DNA of 64,000 bases from a virus, in the IMG/VR virus record IMGVR_UViG_3300037963_003542; one strand, written 5' to 3'. The position numbers and the translations under genes were made by a program. Of the stretch, positions 56,438 through 64,000 are shown piece after piece. How positions within the stretch are numbered: the stretch's first letter is position 1; the number at the start of each line of letters is the position of its first letter. The notes below the pieces were generated by a model. The model saw nothing but the letters and a program-made list of their open reading frames with translations. It was not told the origin of the DNA and made no database searches.

Positions 56438-56877
56438 CTACAGCGACTGACATTGAAGTAACTTGGGATCCCCATAATATGGTGGAAGTTACTTTGAGCG
56501 AACCTGATGATTTCCTTAAAGTCCGTGAAACGCTGACTAGAATCGGTGTTGCGTCTCGTAAGGAAAAGAAACTGTATCAATCCTGCCACATTCTTCATAA
56601 GCAGGGACGATACTATATTGTCCATTTTAAAGAACTCTTTGCCCTTGATGGTAAACGTGCTAACCTGACGTTGAATGATGTTCAGCGTCGTAACCGCATT
56701 ACTCAACTCCTGGTTGACTGGGAACTGATTTCTGTGGTTAAACCTGAGGCAATTGAAGATGTATCTCCTCTCAATCAAATCAAGGTTATTGCTTACAAAG
56801 AAAAGTCTGAATGGACGCTAGAAGCAAAGTATAACATCGGTAAAAAGAAGGTGATTACTACTACAACTGAGGCATAA
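56434..56877 (+). CDS. regA: Translational repressor RegA
   Basis: PDDFLKVRETLTRIGVAS; LYQSCHILHKQGRYYIVHFKELFALDG. Confidence 0.98.
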   Translation: MTTATDIEVTWDPHNMVEVTLSEPDDFLKVRETLTRIGVASRKEKKLYQSCHILHKQGRYYIVHFKELFALDGKRANLTLNDVQRRNRITQLLVDWELISVVKPEAIEDVSPLNQIKVIAYKEKSEWTLEAKYNIGKKKVITTTTEA

Positions 56878-56960
56878 ATAGTTTCGTGCTTTTCGTGCGG
56901 CACACTCTACAATCGGAACACCCTATAAGGAGGTACGGTATTTACCCTACCTCCTTTTTT
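56874..56960 (+). ncRNA. Candidate late small RNA (about 75 nt)
   Basis: ATAAATA overlapping the regA stop, a short hairpin, then terminator AAGGAGGTA...TACCTCCTT-TTTT; no ATG-initiated ORF inside. Confidence 0.4.
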
Positions 56961-56970
56961 CGTTTTCTGA

Positions 56971-57035
56971 TTAAATAGTACTGGATGCCTTCGGGGTCCA
57001 CACAACGTCACTCGCTTATTTAAGGAGAACTACAG
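56971..57035 (+). promoter_or_regulatory. hsp20 late promoter and structured 5' leader
   Basis: TTAAATA, hairpin GGATGCC-ttcg-GGGTCC, then CACACAAC and SD AAGGAG. Confidence 0.55.
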
Positions 57036-57476
57036 ATGGTCAAGTACAACATCGCGGACATTGATGCGCTATTGAATGATGCGTCAAGGTTTGGTATTGG
57101 TATGGATGAATGGATTCGTAGGTTTGCCTCAGTTCATGAGTCAGATGCAAACTACCCACCTCATAATCTTGTTAAAGAAACTAGTATTGATTTCAGACTA
57201 GAACTAGCACTTGCTGGTTATAGCAAAGAAGATATTAAAGTTGAAACTGAATCTAATAAATTATTTGTACAGTGTACAAAACCTGGAGATTCAGATGCTG
57301 ATCATGAGTATCTACAGAGAGGAATCGCCCGTCGCGCATTTACTTGGAGTAGAACTATTGCTGATGATGTTGAAGTCCAAAGTGTTGATCTTACCAATGG
57401 TCTTCTTACAATTAGATTGAGGAGAATTATTCCCGATCATCAGAAAAAGAAAACATATGAGTTGACAGGCGACTAG
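57036..57476 (+). CDS. hsp20: Small heat-shock protein Hsp20
   Basis: NYPPHNLV, LELALAGY, YLQRGIARRAF, NGLLTIRL. Confidence 0.96.
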   Translation: MVKYNIADIDALLNDASRFGIGMDEWIRRFASVHESDANYPPHNLVKETSIDFRLELALAGYSKEDIKVETESNKLFVQCTKPGDSDADHEYLQRGIARRAFTWSRTIADDVEVQSVDLTNGLLTIRLRRIIPDHQKKKTYELTGD

Positions 57477-57512
57477 TGTGGTATAATATATACAATGAAC
57501 TTGTTTAAAAAA

Positions 57513-57803
57513 ATGTCCTATACTGTCACTCTTAAAACCAACGATGGTGATCAAACGATTACCTGTGATGGGGATACTTATATTCTAGACGCTGCTGAAG
57601 AGCAGGGCATCGACCTCCCCTACTCCTGCCGAGCTGGTGCCTGCTCCACCTGCGCGGGTAAAGTTGTGTCTGGAACTCTTAATCAGGAAGATCAATCATT
57701 CTTGGATGATGATCAACTGGAATCGGGTTTTGCTCTATTGTGTGTGGCATATCCAGAGAGTGATTGTGTAATTGAAACTGAAAAAGAGGAGGAACTCTAC
57801 TGA
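57513..57803 (+). CDS. petF: Plant-type [2Fe-2S] ferredoxin (auxiliary metabolic gene)
   Basis: From MSYTVTL; [17 protein letters not shown]...DQSFLDDDQ...LCVAYP. Confidence 0.97.
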   Translation: MSYTVTLKTNDGDQTITCDGDTYILDAAEEQGIDLPYSCRAGACSTCAGKVVSGTLNQEDQSFLDDDQLESGFALLCVAYPESDCVIETEKEEELY

Positions 57804-58012
57804 TGTCTGCGCTCAGAACTCAAATTATTAATGCCTTACGTTCTAATGCTGAAGGAAATATCCTGAAAGCAAAGATGAATGTTGAAGTTTATCTTTCAAA
57901 CCCTGTGGGTATTGGTGAACATCCTGATGTTCTTGCTGCCATTCAAGATCAACTGGATATCATCGCACATGAAGAAGAACGTCTTGAAGTTATTGAGAGA
58001 CACTTTTCATAA
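57803..58012 (+). CDS. Conserved hypothetical protein
   Basis: 69 aa; NVEVYLSNPVGIGEHPD motif. Confidence 0.8.
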   Translation: MSALRTQIINALRSNAEGNILKAKMNVEVYLSNPVGIGEHPDVLAAIQDQLDIIAHEEERLEVIERHFS

Positions 58013-58072
58013 ATATAATTGAATATCGTCGCCGCAGAGGGTCCTGGTCACAGTCAGGTTACCCTCTTTTTT
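58009..58072 (+). ncRNA. Candidate late small RNA (about 50 nt) ending in a terminator
   Basis: ATAAATA overlapping the stop codon, leader GAATATCGTCGCCGC, stem AGAGGGT-CCTG...CAGG-tt-ACCCTCT plus T-run. Confidence 0.4.
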
Positions 58073-58078
58073 CTTGCT

Positions 58079-58086
58079 TATAAATA
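58079..58086 (+). promoter_or_regulatory. T4-type late promoter
   Basis: TATAAATA 18 nt before the nucleotidyltransferase ATG. Confidence 0.75.
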
Positions 58087-58104
58087 CAAATAAACTCTGT
58101 CCTG

Positions 58105-58815
58105 ATGAAAACATATAGGGATTTAAAACTTACTCTTCGCTATAATACTCAGTTAAATTCTAAGTTCTGGGTTGGCGAATCAATGAAACCTGAGGTTCGT
58201 GAGGGTTTGATTCGTATTGCTGAAGAGTGGGCAGAGTTTGCTAACATCCCTTCTGCTGCTATTATTGATGTCGTTCTGGTAGGTGGAAATGCCAATTACA
58301 ATTATACTAAGTATTCTGACCTGGACCTTCATCTTATTGTCTCCAAAGAAGATATTGCCGATTGTCCTGATCTCATTGATGATTACTTACGAGACAAAAA
58401 ACAATTATGGGCTCTCACCCATGATATTCAGATCTATGGACACGATGTTGAACTCTATGCCCAAGATAGAAGAGATCCCGCCCCTTCGGGTCAGGGAGTT
58501 TTCTCCCTGGTAAATAGTCTGTGGTTGCGTCGTCCTACATATCAGGATGTAAATCTTGCAGATCCTAACATTGCTAAGAAGGTAATGCACTATATGGAGA
58601 AGATTGATTTCCTGATTGATAATAAGGCAGATGACCGTGATGCATTTGAAAAACTCAAAGAGAAACTGCGTGACATGAGAGCGTCTGCTATTCAACGTGG
58701 CGGAGAGTTTGCTGTAGAGAATCTTGTATTCAAAGAACTCCGTAATCGTGGATACCTAGATAAGATGTCTGAACATCTTAGAAACCTTAAGGACACCAGC
58801 TTGTCAATCGACTGA
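58105..58815 (+). CDS. Pol-beta-superfamily nucleotidyltransferase
   Basis: 236 aa; LVGGNANYNYTKYSDLDLHL fits hG[GS]-x9-13-DhD; third acidic residue in DVELY. Confidence 0.75.
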   Translation: MKTYRDLKLTLRYNTQLNSKFWVGESMKPEVREGLIRIAEEWAEFANIPSAAIIDVVLVGGNANYNYTKYSDLDLHLIVSKEDIADCPDLIDDYLRDKKQLWALTHDIQIYGHDVELYAQDRRDPAPSGQGVFSLVNSLWLRRPTYQDVNLADPNIAKKVMHYMEKIDFLIDNKADDRDAFEKLKEKLRDMRASAIQRGGEFAVENLVFKELRNRGYLDKMSEHLRNLKDTSLSID

Positions 58816-58829
58816 CCTCATGCTATAGT
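58801..58829 (+). promoter_or_regulatory. sigma70-type promoter of the gp43 operon
   Basis: TTGTCA, 17 nt, extended -10 TGcTATAGT. Confidence 0.75.
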
Positions 58830-58851
58830 ATGGTCTGAGTTATAGGAGTTT

Positions 58852-59214
58852 ATGGCAATTCAGCTTGCCCTACTTAAGTCGGGCGAAGAAATCCTTGCTG
58901 ATGTTCGAGAGATCATTGATAAGGAAACCCAAAAGCAAATTAGTTTGGTTTTTATTAAACCAGTTCGTGTGGTAGTAACTCAACCTGCTACACTAAACGA
59001 GGAGACTGGTCAACCAAATCAAGGTCTTCTAAGTTTTGCGCCATGGATCTCTACATCAAAAGATGAACAATTCTTTGTTCCTTATGACTGGTGTGTGACG
59101 GTCTGTGAACCAAATGATGATATTAAAAACAGTTACATTGAAAACGTAGGAGTTCGTAATGACAGTGAAGATCATTTCTTTGAAGACGGGGCAGTTTCTG
59201 ATCTCGGAGATTGA
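58852..59214 (+). CDS. Sm-like protein
   Basis: 120 aa; SD AGGAG; IQLALLKSGEEILADVRE...KP...PWI...EP. Confidence 0.78.
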   Translation: MAIQLALLKSGEEILADVREIIDKETQKQISLVFIKPVRVVVTQPATLNEETGQPNQGLLSFAPWISTSKDEQFFVPYDWCVTVCEPNDDIKNSYIENVGVRNDSEDHFFEDGAVSDLGD

Positions 59215-59410
59215 TGAGCGACCTGATGAGGATGCTGATTGCATTCTTATCAATCCCAAACGTATTCTTGGGTTTGCACCAGAGTGGAAACTTGAGAATT
59301 TTATTCCATTTACTTATCAGAAGCAAATCCCTATCAGGTCTTCTGATATTCTGACTATCGTAGATCCTATGGATAGTCTTCTTACTGTGTACCGTGTCGC
59401 TACTGCTTGA
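59159..59410 (+). CDS. Sm-like small protein
   Basis: 83 aa; VKIISLKTGQFLISEI...NP...FIP...DP...Y; 56-nt overlap with the upstream paralog. Confidence 0.7.
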   Translation: MTVKIISLKTGQFLISEIDERPDEDADCILINPKRILGFAPEWKLENFIPFTYQKQIPIRSSDILTIVDPMDSLLTVYRVATA

Positions 59411-61902
59411 TGGATTTCTATACTAATGTTGCCGTTATTAATGATACTATTTTGTATCGTGGATTTGATGGAGGTGAGCGGGTTGAGCGTCGTGAAGAGT
59501 TTTCACCAACTCTTTACGTCCCATCCAAAAAAGAAACCAAATACAAAACTCTTGAAGGCAACTATGTAGAACCAGTCAGGTTAGCTAACATCAAAGATGC
59601 GAAGGAGTTTGTCCAAACCTATGAGTCTGTGGACAACTTCACGATTTATGGTAATACGAAATATCTGTATCAATATATTCTGGATAAGTATCCAAAGGAA
59701 GTAGATTACGATTTCACTAAACTCAATATCATGTCACTTGATATTGAGACTACATCAGAGAATGGGTTTCCTAGTGTCGAAGAAGCACGGGAAGAAATTC
59801 TTTGTATTACAGTGAAAGATTTTACTAGCAAGAAGATCATCACTTGGGGATGTGGTGAGTTTGAGAACTCACGCGATGATGTTCATTACATCTATTGTCA
59901 AAACGAACGTGAACTCCTGATGAAGTTTCAGGAGTATTGGGTTCAGAAGACTCCTGATATTGTGACTGGATGGAACGTCAAGTTCTTTGACATGCCATTC
60001 ATCTGTCGTCGTATGGATCGTGTGCTTAGCATGAAGCACATGAGAGCACTGTCTCCATGGAACTCTGTGCGTGAGCGTGAACTCCATGTTCGTGGACAGA
60101 AGAAGATCTACTATGACATCATCGGTGTATCAACACTAGACTATTATGATCTATATCAGAAATTTACTTATACCAACCAGGAATCATATCGCCTAGATCA
60201 TATTGCTTTTGTTGAACTTGGTCAGCAGAAGTTGGATCATAGTGAGTTTGAGAACTTCCAGGACTTTTATCGCAACAACTGGCAGAAGTTTATTGAATAC
60301 AACATCCATGACGTAGAACTTGTGGACATGTTGGAAGATAAGATGAAGTTGATTGAACTTGCTGTCACTATGGCATATGACGCAAAGGTAAACTTTGAGG
60401 ATGTGTTCTTCCAGGTTCGTATGTGGGACAGCATCATCTATGATGCCCTGACACAGGAGAACATTGTCATTCCTCCTAAGACTGAGAGTACAAAAGATCA
60501 GCAGTATGCTGGTGCTTATGTTAAGGAACCTACGCCAGGTGTTTATGATTGGGTGGTCAACTTTGACCTTAACTCTCTGTACCCGCACCTTATCATGCAG
60601 TACAATATCTCCCCTGAGACCCTCCTAGATGACCGTGTGAGCGGCATTAACGTGGATAAACTACTCAACCGCGAGATTGATACAAGCACCCTTGAGGGCG
60701 TTACTATCTGTCCTAATGGTACTTTGTTTACCACAGAGAAGCAGGGATTCCTTCCTAAGTTGATGGAGAAGATCTATACCGAGCGTACTATCTACAAGAA
60801 GAAGATGCTCAAGGCGAAGCAAGAGTATGAGAATACTAAGGATCCTCAACTTATTAAAGATATCGCCAAGTTTAATAACATCCAGATGGCACGAAAGATT
60901 CAATTGAACTCTGCTTATGGTGCCATCGGTAATGAATACTTTAGGTACTTCCGATTGGAGAATGCTGAGGCAATTACTCTGTCGGGACAGTTGTCAATCC
61001 GTTGGATTGAGAATAAAATGAATGAGTACCTCAATAAAATTTTAAAATCTGGTGATAAAGATTATGTCATTGCTGTGGATACTGATTCCATCTATCTTGA
61101 TCTGGGTGATCTGGTCAAGAATGTATTCAAAGGAGGAACGCCGCCTGATGAGAAGGTTGTCAATTTCCTTGATAAGATCTGTAAGGTGGAACTTGAGACT
61201 TATATTGAAAGTTGCTACCAAGAACTGGCGGAGTATGTAAATGCTTATCAGCAGAAGATGGTCATGAAGCGAGAGAACATCGCCAATCGTGGTATCTGGA
61301 CTGCGAAGAAGCGATACATTCTCAATGTGTGGGACAGTGAAGGTGTCCGCTATAAGGAACCGAAGATGAAGATCATGGGACTTGAAACTCAGCGTTCTTC
61401 TACCCCCGCATACTTTAAGGACAAACTTCTTAAAGCATATAAGATCATGATTGAAGGAAACAATGACGACATGATTGATTTTATCTCTCGTATTAAATCA
61501 GATACTAAGAAGCAAAGTTACCTAGATATTTCTTTCCCGAGAGGATGTAATAATCTTGATACTTACCGAAGTTATTCAGAGATTTATAAGAAGGGTACAC
61601 CTATTGCTGTCAGAGGTTCACTATTGTACAATCACTATCTCAAGCAGCATCGGATTACTAATAAGTTTCCTCTTATCCAAGAAGGGGAAAAAATCAAATT
61701 CATCTACTTGAAGACTCCTAATCCCATTGGAGAGAATATTATTTCATTCTTTAATACTATTCCGAAGGAGTTTGGTCTTGACAAGTATGTGGATTACACC
61801 AAGCAGTTTGAGAAGTCTTTCTTAGAACCTCTCAAAAATGTGCTAGACTGTATTGGTTGGAAGCATGAGCGCACTGGTTCACTAAGTAGTTTCTTTTCTT
61901 AA
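59407..61902 (+). CDS. gp43: Family B DNA polymerase gp43
   Basis: LDIET exonuclease motif, [26 protein letters not shown]; start may be 59410; no intein-sized insert. Confidence 0.99.
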   Translation: MMDFYTNVAVINDTILYRGFDGGERVERREEFSPTLYVPSKKETKYKTLEGNYVEPVRLANIKDAKEFVQTYESVDNFTIYGNTKYLYQYILDKYPKEVDYDFTKLNIMSLDIETTSENGFPSVEEAREEILCITVKDFTSKKIITWGCGEFENSRDDVHYIYCQNERELLMKFQEYWVQKTPDIVTGWNVKFFDMPFICRRMDRVLSMKHMRALSPWNSVRERELHVRGQKKIYYDIIGVSTLDYYDLYQKFTYTNQESYRLDHIAFVELGQQKLDHSEFENFQDFYRNNWQKFIEYNIHDVELVDMLEDKMKLIELAVTMAYDAKVNFEDVFFQVRMWDSIIYDALTQENIVIPPKTESTKDQQYAGAYVKEPTPGVYDWVVNFDLNSLYPHLIMQYNISPETLLDDRVSGINVDKLLNREIDTSTLEGVTICPNGTLFTTEKQGFLPKLMEKIYTERTIYKKKMLKAKQEYENTKDPQLIKDIAKFNNIQMARKIQLNSAYGAIGNEYFRYFRLENAEAITLSGQLSIRWIENKMNEYLNKILKSGDKDYVIAVDTDSIYLDLGDLVKNVFKGGTPPDEKVVNFLDKICKVELETYIESCYQELAEYVNAYQQKMVMKRENIANRGIWTAKKRYILNVWDSEGVRYKEPKMKIMGLETQRSSTPAYFKDKLLKAYKIMIEGNNDDMIDFISRIKSDTKKQSYLDISFPRGCNNLDTYRSYSEIYKKGTPIAVRGSLLYNHYLKQHRITNKFPLIQEGEKIKFIYLKTPNPIGENIISFFNTIPKEFGLDKYVDYTKQFEKSFLEPLKNVLDCIGWKHERTGSLSSFFS

Positions 61903-61904
61903 TT

Positions 61905-62918
61905 ATGAGTTTTCTTAACAACGTTATCAAGGAGTTAGACAATGAATTTGCGTCAATCGTTGATGAAGGCATCGCCGCAGGGGATTGTAGTTCGTTTGTG
62001 GACACTGGCTCTTATATCCTCAACGCTTTATGTAGTGGCAGTATTTTCGGCGGTCTCCCACAAAATAAAGTCACTGCCCTCGCAGGAGAGTCCAGTACAG
62101 GTAAAACCTTCTTCGCCCTCTCAATTGTAAAGAATTTTCTTGAGCAAAATCCTGAAGGTCAGGTAATCTACTTTGAGTCTGAGTCTGCTATCTCTAAGGA
62201 CATGATGGCAACCCGCGACATTGATGTGAAGCGTGTTGGTCTTGTTCCTGTGACTACGGTTCAGGAGTTCCGTACACAATCTATTAAGGTTGTTGATGAG
62301 TTTATGAAACTCAAGAAAGAAGATCGCCCACCGCTCCTCTTTGTGCTAGACTCTTTAGGTATGCTGTCCACCTCTAAGGAGGTGCAGGACGCTACTGATG
62401 GCAAGGAGACTCGCGACATGACCCGTGCTCAGGTGATCAAGTCTATCTTTAGAATCTTGTCACTGAAACTGGGTCAGGCAGGTATCCCTCTGATCGTTAC
62501 TAACCATACTTACGAAGTTGTCGGTGCCTATGTTCCTACTAAGGAGATGGGTGGTGGCACTGGTCTGAAGTATGCTGCTTCTAGTATCTTGTTCCTCTCT
62601 AAAAAGAAGGAGAAGGATGGTACTGAGCAGGTTGGTAACATCATCAAAGTGAAGGCGCATAAGTCTCGCTTTACTAAAGAAAACTCTGATGTAGAAACGA
62701 GGTTGTATTTTGACGAACGAGGTCTTGACAAGTATTACGGACTACTGGAGCTGGGTCAACAGTACGGAGTCTTTGAGCGTGTGGGTAACCGTGTTAAGAC
62801 TGAGCATGGTAATGTATATCCTTCTGCTATCTACAAGGACCCTGAGAAGTATTTCACACCAGAAGTCCTCCAAGCACTTGACGAGTGTGCCCGAAAAGAA
62901 TTCTGCTACGGATCTTAA
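61905..62918 (+). CDS. uvsX: RecA-like recombinase UvsX
   Basis: [32 protein letters not shown]. Confidence 0.97.
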   Translation: MSFLNNVIKELDNEFASIVDEGIAAGDCSSFVDTGSYILNALCSGSIFGGLPQNKVTALAGESSTGKTFFALSIVKNFLEQNPEGQVIYFESESAISKDMMATRDIDVKRVGLVPVTTVQEFRTQSIKVVDEFMKLKKEDRPPLLFVLDSLGMLSTSKEVQDATDGKETRDMTRAQVIKSIFRILSLKLGQAGIPLIVTNHTYEVVGAYVPTKEMGGGTGLKYAASSILFLSKKKEKDGTEQVGNIIKVKAHKSRFTKENSDVETRLYFDERGLDKYYGLLELGQQYGVFERVGNRVKTEHGNVYPSAIYKDPEKYFTPEVLQALDECARKEFCYGS

Positions 62919-64000
62919 TGGAAGCAATTGAAAGCACTATCATCAAGAACTTAGTTAGTGATGATACTTATGTTCGTAAGGTAATTCCTTACATCAAACC
63001 AGAATACTTTAATGAATACTCGGATAAGATTCTGTTTGACATCATCAACAACTTTGTTGTGACCTATGGTCAAACTCCTACTAAAGAAGTTCTTAGTATT
63101 GAGGTTGATAATCGTAAGGATCTGAATGAAGATTCTTATAAACAGTTGCAGGTCAAGATTGATGACATTGATAACACTGAAGTAGACTCTCAGTGGTTGT
63201 TGGATGCTACCGAGAAGTGGTGTAAACAACGCGCAGTTTACTTGGCACTACTGGATAGTGTGAAGATTGCTGATGGTCAGGATGATAAGAGAACTGAAGA
63301 TGCGATCCCATCAATTCTTCAGGAAGCTCTTGCTGTCTCATTTGATGACCATATTGGTCACGACTATATAGAAGATTACGAAGATCGCTTCGCCTTCTAT
63401 CACAGAAATGAAAGCAAAATCCCGTTTGACCTTTCTCTCTTCAATAAGATTACGAAGGGTGGTATTCCTAACAAAACTCTCAATGTCGCACTTGCTGGCA
63501 CTGGGGTGGGCAAATCACTGTTTATGTGTCACATGGCCGCTGCGTCATTACTTCAGGGTAAAAATGTCCTCTACATCACACTGGAGATGGCAGAAGAGAA
63601 GATCGCTGAACGCATTGACGCGAATCTTCTTAACGTAAATATCAAGGACATTGAGGATCTGCCTGAGCAACTGTTTGAATCTAAAGTCACTCGTCTCGCA
63701 CAGAAGACTAATGGCAAACTTATCATCAAAGAATATCCAACAGCATCTGCACACTCTGGACACTTTAAAGCACTTCTCAATGATCTATCGCTTAAGAAGA
63801 GTTTTAAACCAGACATCATCTTTATTGATTACCTCAACATCTGTGCATCATCTCGCTACAAAGGAGCACTAGTTAACTCGTATACCTATGTCAAAGCAAT
63901 TGCGGAAGAACTTCGGGGTCTTGCTGTTGAGTTTGATCTCCCTATTGTTAGCGCCACTCAGACTACTCGCTCTGGTTATGGCTCTAGCGATGTTGATCTT
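62918..64000 (+). CDS. gp41: Replicative helicase gp41 (3' truncated by window edge)
   Basis: TAATG overlap with uvsX; reads to the window end; AGTGVGKS Walker A, ITLEMAEE, IFIDYL, SATQTTRSG. Confidence 0.96.
   Translation, partial: MEAIESTIIKNLVSDDTYVRKVIPYIKPEYFNEYSDKILFDIINNFVVTYGQTPTKEVLSIEVDNRKDLNEDSYKQLQVKIDDIDNTEVDSQWLLDATEKWCKQRAVYLALLDSVKIADGQDDKRTEDAIPSILQEALAVSFDDHIGHDYIEDYEDRFAFYHRNESKIPFDLSLFNKITKGGIPNKTLNVALAGTGVGKSLFMCHMAAASLLQGKNVLYITLEMAEEKIAERIDANLLNVNIKDIEDLPEQLFESKVTRLAQKTNGKLIIKEYPTASAHSGHFKALLNDLSLKKSFKPDIIFIDYLNICASSRYKGALVNSYTYVKAIAEELRGLAVEFDLPIVSATQTTRSGYGSSDVDL

Noticed and set aside
57462-57489. TTGACA...TATAAT upstream of petF
   Set aside because: Spacer to TATAAT is only 14 nt; an alternative TAATAT at 16 nt is possible but weak, so not called.
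35233-64000. Inteins, introns or homing endonucleases in gp17, gp20, gp23, uvsW, gp43, uvsX, gp41
   Set aside because: All have normal lengths and uninterrupted motif order; no LAGLIDADG, GIY-YIG or full HNH ORF seen.
1-64000. tRNA genes
   Set aside because: Intergenic gaps are short and explained by promoters and terminators; no cloverleaf seen by eye. tRNAscan-SE or ARAGORN would be decisive.

Overview
64 kb from the core of a T4-like marine cyanomyovirus (Kyanoviridae-type; a picocyanobacterial host is inferred from gene content). Almost all genes are on the + strand. Order: (1) 1-26.3 kb, large virion/tail/baseplate proteins; (2) 26.3-31.3 kb, an AT-rich divergently transcribed accessory island with four 2OG-Fe(II) oxygenase-like genes, a degenerate tryptophan-halogenase-like gene and an Sm-like gene; (3) 31.3-46 kb, neck, terminase, tail and head genes gp13-gp23 and gp3; (4) 46-64 kb, recombination/replication genes (uvsY, uvsW, gp55, gp47, gp46, gp45, gp44, dam, gp62, regA, hsp20, petF, a nucleotidyltransferase, gp43, uvsX, partial gp41). 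T4-type late promoters (ATAAATA), sigma70-type early promoters and intrinsic terminators are readable. I found no tRNA, CRISPR array, intron, intein or reverse transcriptase by eye. Best leads: five dispersed Sm-like paralogs alongside candidate late sRNAs; the oxygenase/halogenase island; a late nucleotidyltransferase with a capsid-targeting-like N-terminus; an NtcA-box-controlled Cys-rich uORF plus twin-CX3C protein after gp23; and an origin-like intergenic region before gp55. Family assignments come from motif recognition, not database searches.
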